This document shows positions 35,699 to 45,084 of a stretch of 64,000 nt of DNA, one piece after another. Numbering within the stretch: position 1 is the stretch's first letter; each line of letters starts with the position of its first letter. The position numbers and the translations under genes were made by a program. The DNA is from an uncultured Candidatus Saccharibacteria bacterium (lineage in GTDB: Bacteria > Patescibacteriota > Minisyncoccia > Minisyncoccales > CAZBVF01): contig CAZKKG010000001.1 in assembly GCA_964553275.1 (NCBI GenBank), positions 36,993 to 100,992 on the forward strand, given 5' to 3'. Under the pieces are notes generated by a model. The model was not told the DNA's origin and did no database searches. It saw only the letters and a program-made list of their open reading frames with translations.

Positions 35699-37687
35699 AT
35701 GAAGCAAAGTCTAAGAAAATTCAAGATCCGCTCCAGCTTCAAGCCTACCGAATGCCAGTTTCAAGCTGCAGAAAAAATAACCAAAAATATTAAATCTGGA
35801 AAGAAAAATCAGGTTCTTTTGGGCGTTACGGGAAGCGGGAAAACTATGACTATGGCTTCAATTATTGAGAAAATGCAGAAACCGGCTCTTGTTATAAGCC
35901 CAAACAAAACCCTCTGCGCTCAGCTTTATCAAGAATTTAAAGGCTTTTTTCCCGAAGCAGGAGTCCATTATTTCGTCAGCTATTACGACTATTATCAGCC
36001 AGAAGCATATATTCCCCAAACCGACACCTATATTGAAAAAGACGCTAACATTAATGAAGAAATTAACAAATTAAGACACGCTGCAGTGCAAGACATTTTA
36101 AAAAGAAAGGACGTTATCGTAATTGCCTCCGTCTCTTGCATCTACAATCTTGGTTCTCCCGAAAACTACCAGGAGGTTTCTTTACAAATTGAAAGAGGGC
36201 AAAGAATTGAAAGAAAGGAGCTGATGAAACATCTTGTCGATCTCCAATACCAGAGAAATGACATTGATTTCAAACCGGGCACTTTCAGGGCAAGAGGTGA
36301 AATAGTTGATATCTTTTTAATAACTGGAAATGAAATTGTAAGGGTGGAGTTCCTGGGAAGAAAAATAGGAAATATCTCGAAAGCAAAATCTTCTGCAAAT
36401 CCTGCTTTTAATTCTCAAATCCCTGATTTGAAAATATTCCCTGCTCATTTTTGGACAGCTCCTGAGAGAAAACTAGACATTGCTATTGAAAATATCAAAA
36501 GCGAACTTCAGCAAAGAGTTAAAGAATTAAAAAAAGAGAAAAAGCTGCTCCAAATACAAAGGTTGACCCAAAGAACGAATCATGATCTTGAGATGTTAAA
36601 AGAAACAGGATTCTGCCACGGAATTGAAAATTACTCAAGACATTTAGAATTTAGAGATCCGGGATCCCCTCCTTTTGCCCTTCTTGACTATCTTGAATCT
36701 GGAAACAAAAACTCTTCAAAAAAAGAATCCTCATACATTACCTTTATCGACGAGTCACATATGAGCATACCTCAGTTAAATGCCATGTATAATACGGACC
36801 GTTCGAGAAAAAATGTTCTAATTGAATATGGATTCCGTCTAAAATCAGCTTTAGACAACCGCCCCTTAAGCTTTGAAGAGTTCGAAGAAAAAATTGGGCA
36901 GACAGTATTTATTTCGGCCACCCCAGGGCCTTATGAAATGTCAAAAATTAAAAGCAATAGAGATTCTCTGCTCGCAGAACAGTTAATAAGACCAACCGGA
37001 CTTTTAGAGCCTTCCGTCGAAATAAGACCCATAAGAAATCAGGTTTCAGATCTTGTAAAAGAAATTAAAAAAAGAGCTGAAAACAAAGAAAGAACATTGG
37101 CTATAACGCTGACCAAAAGAACGGCTGAAGATTTATCCGAATATCTGTCAGAAAAGAATATTAAAAACCACTATCTCCATTCTGAAATTAAAACTTTGGA
37201 AAGACCTCAAATCTTAAACGATTTAAGGAGGGGAAAATATGATGCTGTCGTAGGCATAAACCTTTTAAGAGAGGGGTTGGACCTGCCCGAAGTTTCTCTT
37301 ATCGCTATTCTTGACGCCGATAAAGAAGGTTTTTTAAGAAATAAAACAACCTTAATCCAGACCATGGGAAGGGCATCGAGAAATATAAAAGGACATGTAA
37401 TTCTTTATGCCGACAAATTAACGAAATCAATCAAGGAAGCCATGGATGAGGTTGAAAGAAGAAGAAAAATTCAAATAAAATTTAACAAAACTCACGGCAT
37501 AACCCCAAAACCCATTACAAAAGAAATCAAAAACTGGCCCTTTGCTTCAAAAGAGAGAACGGTGGGTCTTGAGTTCTGGATGATAAAAGATAAGAAACTT
37601 CTGGAAAAAGAAATGAAAAAGGCAGCAAGAACTCTTGATTTTGAAAGAGCGGCTAAAATCCGCGATTTGATAAAATCTTTAAATTAA
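35699..37687 (+). CDS. uvrB: Excinuclease ABC subunit UvrB
   Basis: LGVTGSGKT, YFVSYYDYYQPEAY, DESH, GINLLREGLDLPEV, UVR domain LDFERAAKIRD. Confidence 0.98.
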   Translation: MKQSLRKFKIRSSFKPTECQFQAAEKITKNIKSGKKNQVLLGVTGSGKTMTMASIIEKMQKPALVISPNKTLCAQLYQEFKGFFPEAGVHYFVSYYDYYQPEAYIPQTDTYIEKDANINEEINKLRHAAVQDILKRKDVIVIASVSCIYNLGSPENYQEVSLQIERGQRIERKELMKHLVDLQYQRNDIDFKPGTFRARGEIVDIFLITGNEIVRVEFLGRKIGNISKAKSSANPAFNSQIPDLKIFPAHFWTAPERKLDIAIENIKSELQQRVKELKKEKKLLQIQRLTQRTNHDLEMLKETGFCHGIENYSRHLEFRDPGSPPFALLDYLESGNKNSSKKESSYITFIDESHMSIPQLNAMYNTDRSRKNVLIEYGFRLKSALDNRPLSFEEFEEKIGQTVFISATPGPYEMSKIKSNRDSLLAEQLIRPTGLLEPSVEIRPIRNQVSDLVKEIKKRAENKERTLAITLTKRTAEDLSEYLSEKNIKNHYLHSEIKTLERPQILNDLRRGKYDAVVGINLLREGLDLPEVSLIAILDADKEGFLRNKTTLIQTMGRASRNIKGHVILYADKLTKSIKEAMDEVERRRKIQIKFNKTHGITPKPITKEIKNWPFASKERTVGLEFWMIKDKKLLEKEMKKAARTLDFERAAKIRDLIKSLN

Positions 37688-37746
37688 TAAGGTTCTTAAA
37701 TAAAAATAGTTGAAAAAAAAGTAAAAGATGCTAACATATTTATAAT

Positions 37747-38022
37747 ATGTCTCCAATAATAAAATCAGCAAAAAAAGCTTTAAGACAAAATCCAAAAAGA
37801 AAGATTAGAAATATACGCAGGAAGAAAAGAATAAAAAGCCTTTTCAAAAAGGCAGATGTTTTGATTTCTCAAGGCAAGATAGAAGAAGTAAAATCTCTCC
37901 TCCCCCAAATTTATAAGAGCTTAGACAAGGCCGCTAAGACCGGGGTAATTAAAAAGAACAAGGCCTCAAGAAAGAAATCAAACATAGCCGAGAAGGTTAA
38001 TAAAACTCAGAAGAAAAGCTAA
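37747..38022 (+). CDS. rpsT: 30S ribosomal protein S20
   Basis: KSAKKALRQ, LDKAAK.GVIKKNKASRKKS. Confidence 0.95.
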   Translation: MSPIIKSAKKALRQNPKRKIRNIRRKKRIKSLFKKADVLISQGKIEEVKSLLPQIYKSLDKAAKTGVIKKNKASRKKSNIAEKVNKTQKKS

Positions 38023-38987
38023 ATCTGGGCAATTAAGATATCAAGCGCCGTTTGAGGTTCAATCTTTCCTGTTTTAATATTAAAATCTACCTTAAAAATA
38101 TCTTGGTAGATTTTTTTTAATTCTTCCTTGCTAAATTTTCTAGCAAGGTTGCAGCTTTTTCTAACCACAAAAGGATGGAGTTTAGTTTTTCTTAAGATAT
38201 CACTATAAGAAATATTCTTTTCCATCATATCTTTAACAATAACAATATTTCTAAACTGAAAATTTATCATTGAAAGGATTAAAAGAGGATAATCTCCCTT
38301 TTCTAAATGGCCACGAATCAGTTTGAGAGCTTGCTTTTTATTCCTCAGAGCTATAGCATCAATAGTTTTAAAAATATCTACATCAATTTTCGGCTCAATT
38401 AAAGTTTCAATATCCTGATTGCTGACGCTTCCTTTACGTTTAAAGCTAATGATCTTCTTAATTTCATTAGACATGCGCCAGAGATTGTTGCCGACAAAAT
38501 CAATTAATTTTTTCAATGCTTCAGGCTCAATATCAACTTGAGAATCCTTAAATTGCCTTTTAACCCAGCTTCTTAATTTTTCTGTTTCTAAGGGTTCAAA
38601 CTCACATATTTTTACATTCTTACTTTTTTTCAGGAATTTTAATAAAGCATCGTTCGAAGGTATCTTTCCTTCTTGGAAAAGAAGAATTATGTCTTCGCTT
38701 TCGAGAAAAATCTTTGCGTTCTCAAGGAACCCTTCCTTAAGCTCCTTATTATCAAACATATCTTTTACGATAAAAAGCTTTTTCTCCTTGAACATGGAAG
38801 ATTGTTGAAAATCATTTTTTAAATCTTCAATCGCAATCATTTTTTGCCCGGACGTTCCCGACGAAGCTTCATTATCAAAACATTGCAAATCTAAAGAATT
38901 TTTATGCTTTTGCCGATAAAGATTTTTAATCTCATTTAATTTTTGATTCAGCCTGTATGTACAAACTCCGTAAAGTAGAATAATCAT
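38019..38987 (-). CDS. holA: DNA polymerase III delta subunit
   Basis: MIILLYG, SMF..KKL, GNNLW...EI.K, IFKTIDA, HPFV.RK, D..IKTG; ATG overlaps the mutM stop. Confidence 0.9.
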   Translation of the reverse strand: MIILLYGVCTYRLNQKLNEIKNLYRQKHKNSLDLQCFDNEASSGTSGQKMIAIEDLKNDFQQSSMFKEKKLFIVKDMFDNKELKEGFLENAKIFLESEDIILLFQEGKIPSNDALLKFLKKSKNVKICEFEPLETEKLRSWVKRQFKDSQVDIEPEALKKLIDFVGNNLWRMSNEIKKIISFKRKGSVSNQDIETLIEPKIDVDIFKTIDAIALRNKKQALKLIRGHLEKGDYPLLILSMINFQFRNIVIVKDMMEKNISYSDILRKTKLHPFVVRKSCNLARKFSKEELKKIYQDIFKVDFNIKTGKIEPQTALDILIAQI

Positions 38988-39862
38988 ATCTTTTGACATT
39001 TTGGGCAAAAATAGGAAGACCTGCTGCCCAATTTTATTCTCTTTAAAATACTGCCGCAGCGAAAGCATCTTTCTCCTTCCCTGCGATAAACTTTTCTCAA
39101 AATATCAAAACTTCCTTTTTCTCCAGTGACCGTTCTAAAATCAGATATTGATTCTCCTTTAAGATTAATGGATTCTTTCAGGGTTTTAATCAGCATTAAA
39201 TAGATTTTCTCAAGTTCCGATTCTTTCAGCCTTGGAACCTCTTTTAGGGGATGAACTTCTGCTCTCCATAAAATTTCGTCTGAATAGATATTCCCTACTC
39301 CCGCTAATACCTCCTGATCCATTAAAACTTTTTTAATCTTGCTCTTTTTCTTGCCAACGCACTCTTTAAACTTTTCGAATGTGAATGCTTTATCTAGTGG
39401 CTCCGGTCCCAAACTCTTAAACTTCTCGGAATCCAACAAGACGGACTTGTCCCAAAGCTCAACTTTTGCAAACTTTCTAAGGTCTGAAAGGGCAAGCATC
39501 TTTCCGTTATCAAGCCAAAATATTAAATGTAAAAATCTGTTTGCAGGATCGGCTAAGAGAGAATTCTTCGTTTTGGGAGTCCAATTTCCTTCTCTGAAAA
39601 TCCAATTACCTAAAAGAAAGTGTCCGGTCATCTTTTGGTGAACAAGCATAGTTTTCCCCCGGGACAGGTCAATAAGAATATTCTTGGCCCTGCGCCAAAC
39701 CTTGATAATCTTTCTTCCAATAAGCTCTTTTTTAAAAGCATTAAAAGTACAAGGATTTTTTACCATTTTTTCAACATCAGTCCAAACATCCTCGATCTTT
39801 CGACCGAGGATTTCTTTTTTTAAACCATTTACTGTAGTTTCCACTTCGGGAAGTTCAGGCAT
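38984..39862 (-). CDS. mutM: Formamidopyrimidine-DNA glycosylase
   Basis: MPELPEVE, RRAK, KMTG, D.RKF, LGPEPL, GVGNIY.DE, C4 zinc finger. Confidence 0.96.
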   Translation of the reverse strand: MPELPEVETTVNGLKKEILGRKIEDVWTDVEKMVKNPCTFNAFKKELIGRKIIKVWRRAKNILIDLSRGKTMLVHQKMTGHFLLGNWIFREGNWTPKTKNSLLADPANRFLHLIFWLDNGKMLALSDLRKFAKVELWDKSVLLDSEKFKSLGPEPLDKAFTFEKFKECVGKKKSKIKKVLMDQEVLAGVGNIYSDEILWRAEVHPLKEVPRLKESELEKIYLMLIKTLKESINLKGESISDFRTVTGEKGSFDILRKVYRREGERCFRCGSILKRIKLGSRSSYFCPKCQKI

Positions 39863-39906
39863 AATTCTATTTGAAATTTCTTAGATTACTTCTTGATTCA
39901 AATTTT

Positions 39907-40275
39907 CTATTTTAAAACTGTTTTAATCTTCTCTGTAATCTCACCCGGTGTGAAGTGAGCTTTTATCATATAATCGACTGCCCCCATCTTTAAACCTTTT
40001 TCCACCTCTTCCCTCTGCCCGAGGTTGGAAAGAATAATTACGGGGATAGAAGACAAGACGACATCCTCTTTTATCTTTGACAGAACCTCAAAGCCGTCTA
40101 TGCCCGGTAATATCAAATCTAGCAAAATTAAGTCAGGATTTTCTTTTTTAACTTTTTCCAAACCCTCTTCTCCATCAACCGCCCCAAACGCTTCATATCC
40201 TTCATTATTCAGTTTTTTGATGATCAATTCTCTTAAGAATTTATCATCTTCAATAATTAAAATTCTTTTCTCCAT
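39907..40275 (-). CDS. Single-domain response regulator (receiver only)
   Basis: IIEDD, LLDLILPGIDG, SN, K; start MEKRIL at 40275; no output domain. Confidence 0.92.
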   Translation of the reverse strand: MEKRILIIEDDKFLRELIIKKLNNEGYEAFGAVDGEEGLEKVKKENPDLILLDLILPGIDGFEVLSKIKEDVVLSSIPVIILSNLGQREEVEKGLKMGAVDYMIKAHFTPGEITEKIKTVLK

Positions 40276-40337
40276 AAACCCTTGTAGGGCATTAGAACAT
40301 ACCAACATTTTAAAAATGTTAAAACGTTAAAACACCC

Positions 40338-40712
40338 TTATTTATTCACTAATTGATTATTAACCTTGTCTATTACCTCTTGAGGGTCAAATTCGGTTTT
40401 GATCAGCCAGTCCTTCGCCCCCAATTTCTGGGCCCTGTCTAATTCTACGGGTTGGCCAGAATTAGAAACCACAATCACATTAATTTTCTTTAAGTCAGGA
40501 TCTTTTTGCATCTCTTCCATCACTTCCAATCCTCCCATCTTAGGCATGATAATATCAAGCAGAATAAGATCGGGGGATATTTCCTTCATTGCTTTAAGGC
40601 CTGCTTCCCCGTCTTTAGCTACATGAACCTCATATCCTTCTTCAGTTAACTTCCTCTGGAGAAGGTCTATTATGATTTGTTCATCTTCTATTAATAAGAT
40701 TTTCTTTTCCAT
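40338..40712 (-). CDS. Single-domain response regulator (receiver only)
   Basis: LIEDE, LLDIIMPKMGG, SN, K. Confidence 0.92.
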   Translation of the reverse strand: MEKKILLIEDEQIIIDLLQRKLTEEGYEVHVAKDGEAGLKAMKEISPDLILLDIIMPKMGGLEVMEEMQKDPDLKKINVIVVSNSGQPVELDRAQKLGAKDWLIKTEFDPQEVIDKVNNQLVNK

Positions 40713-40761
40713 AATTTAAATTATAAATAAGGAATTATTTTCGACTTAATTATCTTCTTTT

Positions 40762-40790
40762 ATTTTAAAGCCTTTTTAAGAAATCTTCAA
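40762..40790 (-). promoter_or_regulatory. Putative internal sigma70 promoter for the two receiver genes
   Basis: TTGAAG, 17 bp, TAAAAT on the minus strand. Confidence 0.5.
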
Positions 40791-40797
40791 TAGATTG

Positions 40798-42420
40798 CTA
40801 GTTATTTGCTGCAGGCAGAGTGAAATAAAAGGTGCTCCCCTTACCTTCTTCTGACTTAAACCAAATTTTTCCTCCGTGAGCTTCTATAACGTTTTTAGTG
40901 ATATAAAGGCCTAATCCTGTCCCCGTTGTTTCCTTTCTAACGGCATTATTCCCCCTGAAAAATTTAGTAAAGACGCGTTCTTGCTCGTCTTTGGAAATCC
41001 CAATACCATTATCGGAAACTCTAAACTCTACCTCCTCTTTATTATTTTTGAGAGAGACTGTAACTTTTCCTCCAACGTGAGTATATGAAATAGCGTTATT
41101 TATAAGATTATGAATTGCCAGCCTTATCTTTTCCACATCTACCTTTGCTTTTGGCAGCTTCTTCTTGAGTCTTGTAAACACTACCTTAACTTTTCTTTTT
41201 TCTACCTTCTCCTTAAGAGAGTTTATTACGAAATCTATTACAGGCTCGATATCGATTAGCACTGGCTTGTAAAGGTATCTTCCTTCTTCAATTCTGGTAA
41301 CGTTTAAAAGATCATTAACTAGGGATATCATTCTTTCGTTAGACTGATAAGTTCTTTCAACATATTCTCTCTGCTCTTTCCCGATTTCTCCCAAGTCCCC
41401 ATCCAAAAGCATTTTCAGAGTCCATTTAATTGCTGATAAAGGAGTTCTTAACTGATGAGCAGCAAGCGATACAAATTCAGTCTTTAGTTTTTCTACAACT
41501 TTTTCTCTGGAAACATCATGTAAAACAACTAAAATTCCGCTTTCCTGCTTTCCCTCTTCGGGGAAAATGGTAGAGATTTCAAAAATAGATTCTTTACCCA
41601 GGGCAAGTTCCTGCCTATACATTCTTTTAATTTTAGAACTTTTAGAGTCTGTTATACATTCTATTATCTTTTTAAAAGCAGGGACATTAATGATCTCCGA
41701 GATATTTTGCCCAATCATTTTCTTAATATCAATATTAAGATACTTTTCTGCTTGAAAATTTGCTAAGGATAAATTATCTGCTTTATCAAAAAGCAAAAGT
41801 CCGTCAGAGAAATTCGTAATAATAGTTAGCGTTTTTTCTCTTTCGTTTTCCGCTGTCTTACGCGCTTCCCCAACATCTTCAAGAATATTCATCAGAGCTA
41901 ATCGTGACTCTGCTATTTCTTCCGTACGTATTTCTAAATCTTTCGTTCTTTCTTTAACCTTTTTCTCCAGACCTTTTCTCAGTTCTTCAAAACGACTTAC
42001 ATCAAAAAGAGCTACAAAATATCCTATGACCTCTTTATCTTCACCTCTTCTTGTTGCAATCGAAACGCTTACTGGAACCTCTTCCTTCCTTTTTGTTACA
42101 AGACGCATTTCTTTGCTTATCTTCCCTTCTTCCTTGAGCTCCCTGCTGGAAAGTAAGTTTCTGAATTTCTCCTTGTCAAGGAACAGTATTTCTACCTTTC
42201 CTCCAATAATTTCCGATTCTTTAAAACCGGTAAACGTTTGAAAGGCCAGATTAACAGTAATGACCAACCCGAAAGGATTAATAGCACAGAAAGCTAAAGG
42301 CAAAAAAGTCGAAAGTTCTTGGATGTATAAGTCAAGATCTCGTAAATCGTCTATTGCCATTTGAAGCAATTGATCTTTTTGGTCTTCCTCTCCTAATTTT
42401 TCCTCTATTTGTTTTGGCAT
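40798..42420 (-). CDS. Soluble PAS-domain histidine kinase (HisKA + HATPase)
   Basis: Two PAS-like segments; H-box AAHQLRTPL, N-box NLINNA, DNGIG, GTGLGL; no TM segment. Confidence 0.95.
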   Translation of the reverse strand: MPKQIEEKLGEEDQKDQLLQMAIDDLRDLDLYIQELSTFLPLAFCAINPFGLVITVNLAFQTFTGFKESEIIGGKVEILFLDKEKFRNLLSSRELKEEGKISKEMRLVTKRKEEVPVSVSIATRRGEDKEVIGYFVALFDVSRFEELRKGLEKKVKERTKDLEIRTEEIAESRLALMNILEDVGEARKTAENEREKTLTIITNFSDGLLLFDKADNLSLANFQAEKYLNIDIKKMIGQNISEIINVPAFKKIIECITDSKSSKIKRMYRQELALGKESIFEISTIFPEEGKQESGILVVLHDVSREKVVEKLKTEFVSLAAHQLRTPLSAIKWTLKMLLDGDLGEIGKEQREYVERTYQSNERMISLVNDLLNVTRIEEGRYLYKPVLIDIEPVIDFVINSLKEKVEKRKVKVVFTRLKKKLPKAKVDVEKIRLAIHNLINNAISYTHVGGKVTVSLKNNKEEVEFRVSDNGIGISKDEQERVFTKFFRGNNAVRKETTGTGLGLYITKNVIEAHGGKIWFKSEEGKGSTFYFTLPAANN

Positions 42421-42432
42421 TTAGATATAGAT

Positions 42433-43029
42433 TTACCAGGTTATTTTGAATCTGAAAGTGTTTTTCTTCCCCGCTGGCGTTTCTTCAATCTTCAGCTTGC
42501 TGGACAATATAACAAGAGATACGATTTGGGAAAAATATCCTTCAAGATAACGATAATGAATCGGCACTACAAGAAAATCTCTAATTTCCACAGTGCCGCA
42601 TCGATTTCTATCATCAAAATTAACTGTAAGAAATCCTTGAGTATAGTATTTTCTCCAAAACCTAGTGGCAACCCCAGCCCTTTCAAATTTCTTCTTAGAA
42701 ATAAAAAACTTTGCCATTATTTTTGCCAGAAAGTGGGTCTTTGCCGCCCAGCACCCCCATTTTCTCATCATCTTGTCATTCCAATGAAATGTCTTTTTTG
42801 CCACCAGAAGAAAGAGAGAATCAAGCTGAACAGGATACCATTTATAGTCTTTTATTTGTTCACATTTTAACGAATAACCAAATTTTTCCATTTCTTCTTC
42901 AACTTTCTTAAGTCCTTCTTCTCCTTTCCTTTCTAAAACAAACTCCCTGTCTTTTTTTAAAGACATTCCAATTATTTGTCCCTTTTTTTCATTTATTAAT
43001 TCAACTTCTTCTTTAAATGTTAACGACAT
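42433..43029 (-). CDS. Hypothetical soluble protein, possibly DUF2378/HNOB-V4R-like ligand-binding fold
   Basis: FV.E.KGEEGL..V...WYP...W......WG...W..YY..G...YLEGYF pattern; inside the sensor operon. Confidence 0.5.
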   Translation of the reverse strand: MSLTFKEEVELINEKKGQIIGMSLKKDREFVLERKGEEGLKKVEEEMEKFGYSLKCEQIKDYKWYPVQLDSLFLLVAKKTFHWNDKMMRKWGCWAAKTHFLAKIMAKFFISKKKFERAGVATRFWRKYYTQGFLTVNFDDRNRCGTVEIRDFLVVPIHYRYLEGYFSQIVSLVILSSKLKIEETPAGKKNTFRFKITW

Positions 43030-43038
43030 ATTTCTGAA

Positions 43039-43992
43039 CTATTTTTTACTTGATTTTTTCTTTATCTTTCTCAGCTCTTTTTTAAGTTCTATCATTTTTA
43101 ATTCCCTGCCTATGGTTAGTTTATGAAATTTCTCAAGCTCTTTTATTCTAGTTTCCAGTTCTTTTGTCCTTTCTTTAACTTTCTCTTCCAAATTTCCCGC
43201 TAGTTCTCTCAATTCTCTGGTTCGTGCCGCAACCTTTATCCGCAAAACCATTTCTGACTCTTCTAAAGCTTCTTTTGACCCTTTGAGTCTTTCAACTGTT
43301 TGGTTAAAGATATCGGCAAACTCACCTATTTCTGTTTTGGAAGAAATTTTTATTCGCGCATTAAGACGACCCTTTTTAACTTCTTCACAAACCCTAACTA
43401 TCTCTTTAATTGGCACGATAATATTATGTTCGATAACCAAGAATAAAGATAGAATTAGAACAAGAAGTCCTCCCCATGTTACTGTTAAGTCCCTAATCCA
43501 CATCCATTTCACTTCTCCCTTAACGCCTTCTAAAGAAAACCCGATCCAAACCGTTCTATTTTGATAACCGGGGTAAATTATCACTTTTATTTCCTCCCCT
43601 TTGAATATTTGATCTTTTACTTTTTCCTTGCCCGTTCTTGCCACCGTAAAAATATCGGGATCTTCGATAGTCTCACCCCATTCGCTTTCGATATTGCTCC
43701 TGTAAATAGTACCGTCTTGATTAACAATTCTAATGTAAATTACATCTTTAAAGCTTGCCATTTCGTTTAAAAAAGCTTTCTCCATGCCGGGGACCAAGGC
43801 CAACCTATATATCCAAATAGGCGAAGCCATTGTTTCGTTAATAGTTTCAGCCAGATTTATCTTCTCTTCAATAGTAGCCATGATTAGCTCTTCTCTGTGC
43901 TGACTAATAAAAAAATAGACGAGAGCAGATATGCTAACTCCTACAATCAGTAGAGTAATTAAAATAATTGTTCTTAGAGAATACTTCTTCAT
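43039..43992 (-). CDS. Two-TM sensor with Cache-like extracytoplasmic domain, HAMP domain and coiled-coil tail; no kinase domain
   Basis: TM1, YIRIVNQDG.I, TM2, PIKEI...G.LN.RI...EIGEFA..FN (HAMP); ends LEEKVKERT...GRELKMIELKKE. Confidence 0.85.
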   Translation of the reverse strand: MKKYSLRTIILITLLIVGVSISALVYFFISQHREELIMATIEEKINLAETINETMASPIWIYRLALVPGMEKAFLNEMASFKDVIYIRIVNQDGTIYRSNIESEWGETIEDPDIFTVARTGKEKVKDQIFKGEEIKVIIYPGYQNRTVWIGFSLEGVKGEVKWMWIRDLTVTWGGLLVLILSLFLVIEHNIIVPIKEIVRVCEEVKKGRLNARIKISSKTEIGEFADIFNQTVERLKGSKEALEESEMVLRIKVAARTRELRELAGNLEEKVKERTKELETRIKELEKFHKLTIGRELKMIELKKELRKIKKKSSKK

Positions 43993-44015
43993 AACTATTT
44001 TCAGAATAAACTTCT

Positions 44016-44960
44016 TTATTCCGGAGTAACTGAAGAACTGTGCGACGCAGGAACAACTCTTATTATAAGGTCACCCATTCTCTCTAAGTCTTCATCCTTT
44101 AGCGCCATTTTCCTCAATTCGTCTTTTGTAATTTTGGCTCCTTTGTCAACGGGGATAATCTTGTAGATGGGGAAATACGATTTCAGCCAAACCCCGATCT
44201 CATATGGAGTAATGAAGATAGGATTAAAAAGTTGTCCCCATTTTTTAATATCCGAAAGGACCATGCTGTCAAAATGACCATTGGTAATTAAAATCAAGTC
44301 AATCTCATTTAATTGAGTTAATTGCTGATATTTTTGAGGAAAACTGGGATTGTAATTAACTGCGGGGTCAATCAATATTCTTGTTCCTTCGGAACTTTCA
44401 AGAAGCCAGTGATTGTGCCCTAGCCATTCCACTTTAATACCCATTATTTCCTTTTGCTCTCCCGGTTCAAATTCAAGAGGTGAAGCTCTTAAATTATACT
44501 TTTTAAGTTCTTGGAAAAAGTTTTCTGCGCTCTCTTCCAATTCGGAAAAGCTTCCGTAATGGGTAGGAATAATATAGTCGCTTGGATCAATTAAACTTGC
44601 TGCATAAGCAGCTGCCTCCGAATCAAGAGTATATATGTTCCCGATAGGAAGAAAGACAACGTTAGGATTGTAGTAATCTCCTATTAACTTAAGATCTGCG
44701 CTTAACCCCGTATCTCCCGTAAAATAAAAACGGGCTCCGTTTTTAAAGTCAATAATATATCCCTGAGACTGCCCCGTATAAATATAAGGAGCCGTTCTTT
44801 TATTAAGCAAGGAAATCTCCCTGTTTATCTTTTTAACTTCCGCGTCCAACTCCTCTATTTCTCGCGTTAAAATTTTCGGAGTTGTCTCAGAAATGTAGAT
44901 ACTGACACTGGAAATCACTAAAGCAATGATTGCAAAAATAAGAATAGTTTTTTTATTCAT
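44016..44960 (-). CDS. Membrane-anchored MBL-fold (UPF0173-like) protein, circularly permuted
   Basis: Canonically C-terminal motifs (GYII, GDTG, LPIG, IPTHY, EPGE) precede canonically N-terminal motifs (WLGH, LIDP, ITNGHFDS, VPASHSSS). Confidence 0.8.
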   Translation of the reverse strand: MNKKTILIFAIIALVISSVSIYISETTPKILTREIEELDAEVKKINREISLLNKRTAPYIYTGQSQGYIIDFKNGARFYFTGDTGLSADLKLIGDYYNPNVVFLPIGNIYTLDSEAAAYAASLIDPSDYIIPTHYGSFSELEESAENFFQELKKYNLRASPLEFEPGEQKEIMGIKVEWLGHNHWLLESSEGTRILIDPAVNYNPSFPQKYQQLTQLNEIDLILITNGHFDSMVLSDIKKWGQLFNPIFITPYEIGVWLKSYFPIYKIIPVDKGAKITKDELRKMALKDEDLERMGDLIIRVVPASHSSSVTPE

Positions 44961-45084
44961 AGTTTTATTTTAAAAAATACCTCTACCTTTATTTTAGCAA
45001 ATTTTAGAAGATAGAAAAACCCGGCATTGGTCCGAGTATTTCTTCAAGAAATTCTTTCAGGAATTTATCTCCTTGTCTGCAATT

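Noticed and set aside
35656-35742. N-terminal extensions in the ORF track (ruvA; likewise polX, holA, tyrS, PBP, the receiver at 40308)
   Set aside because: They overlap neighbouring genes or promoters, and the family-typical N-termini start at downstream ATGs
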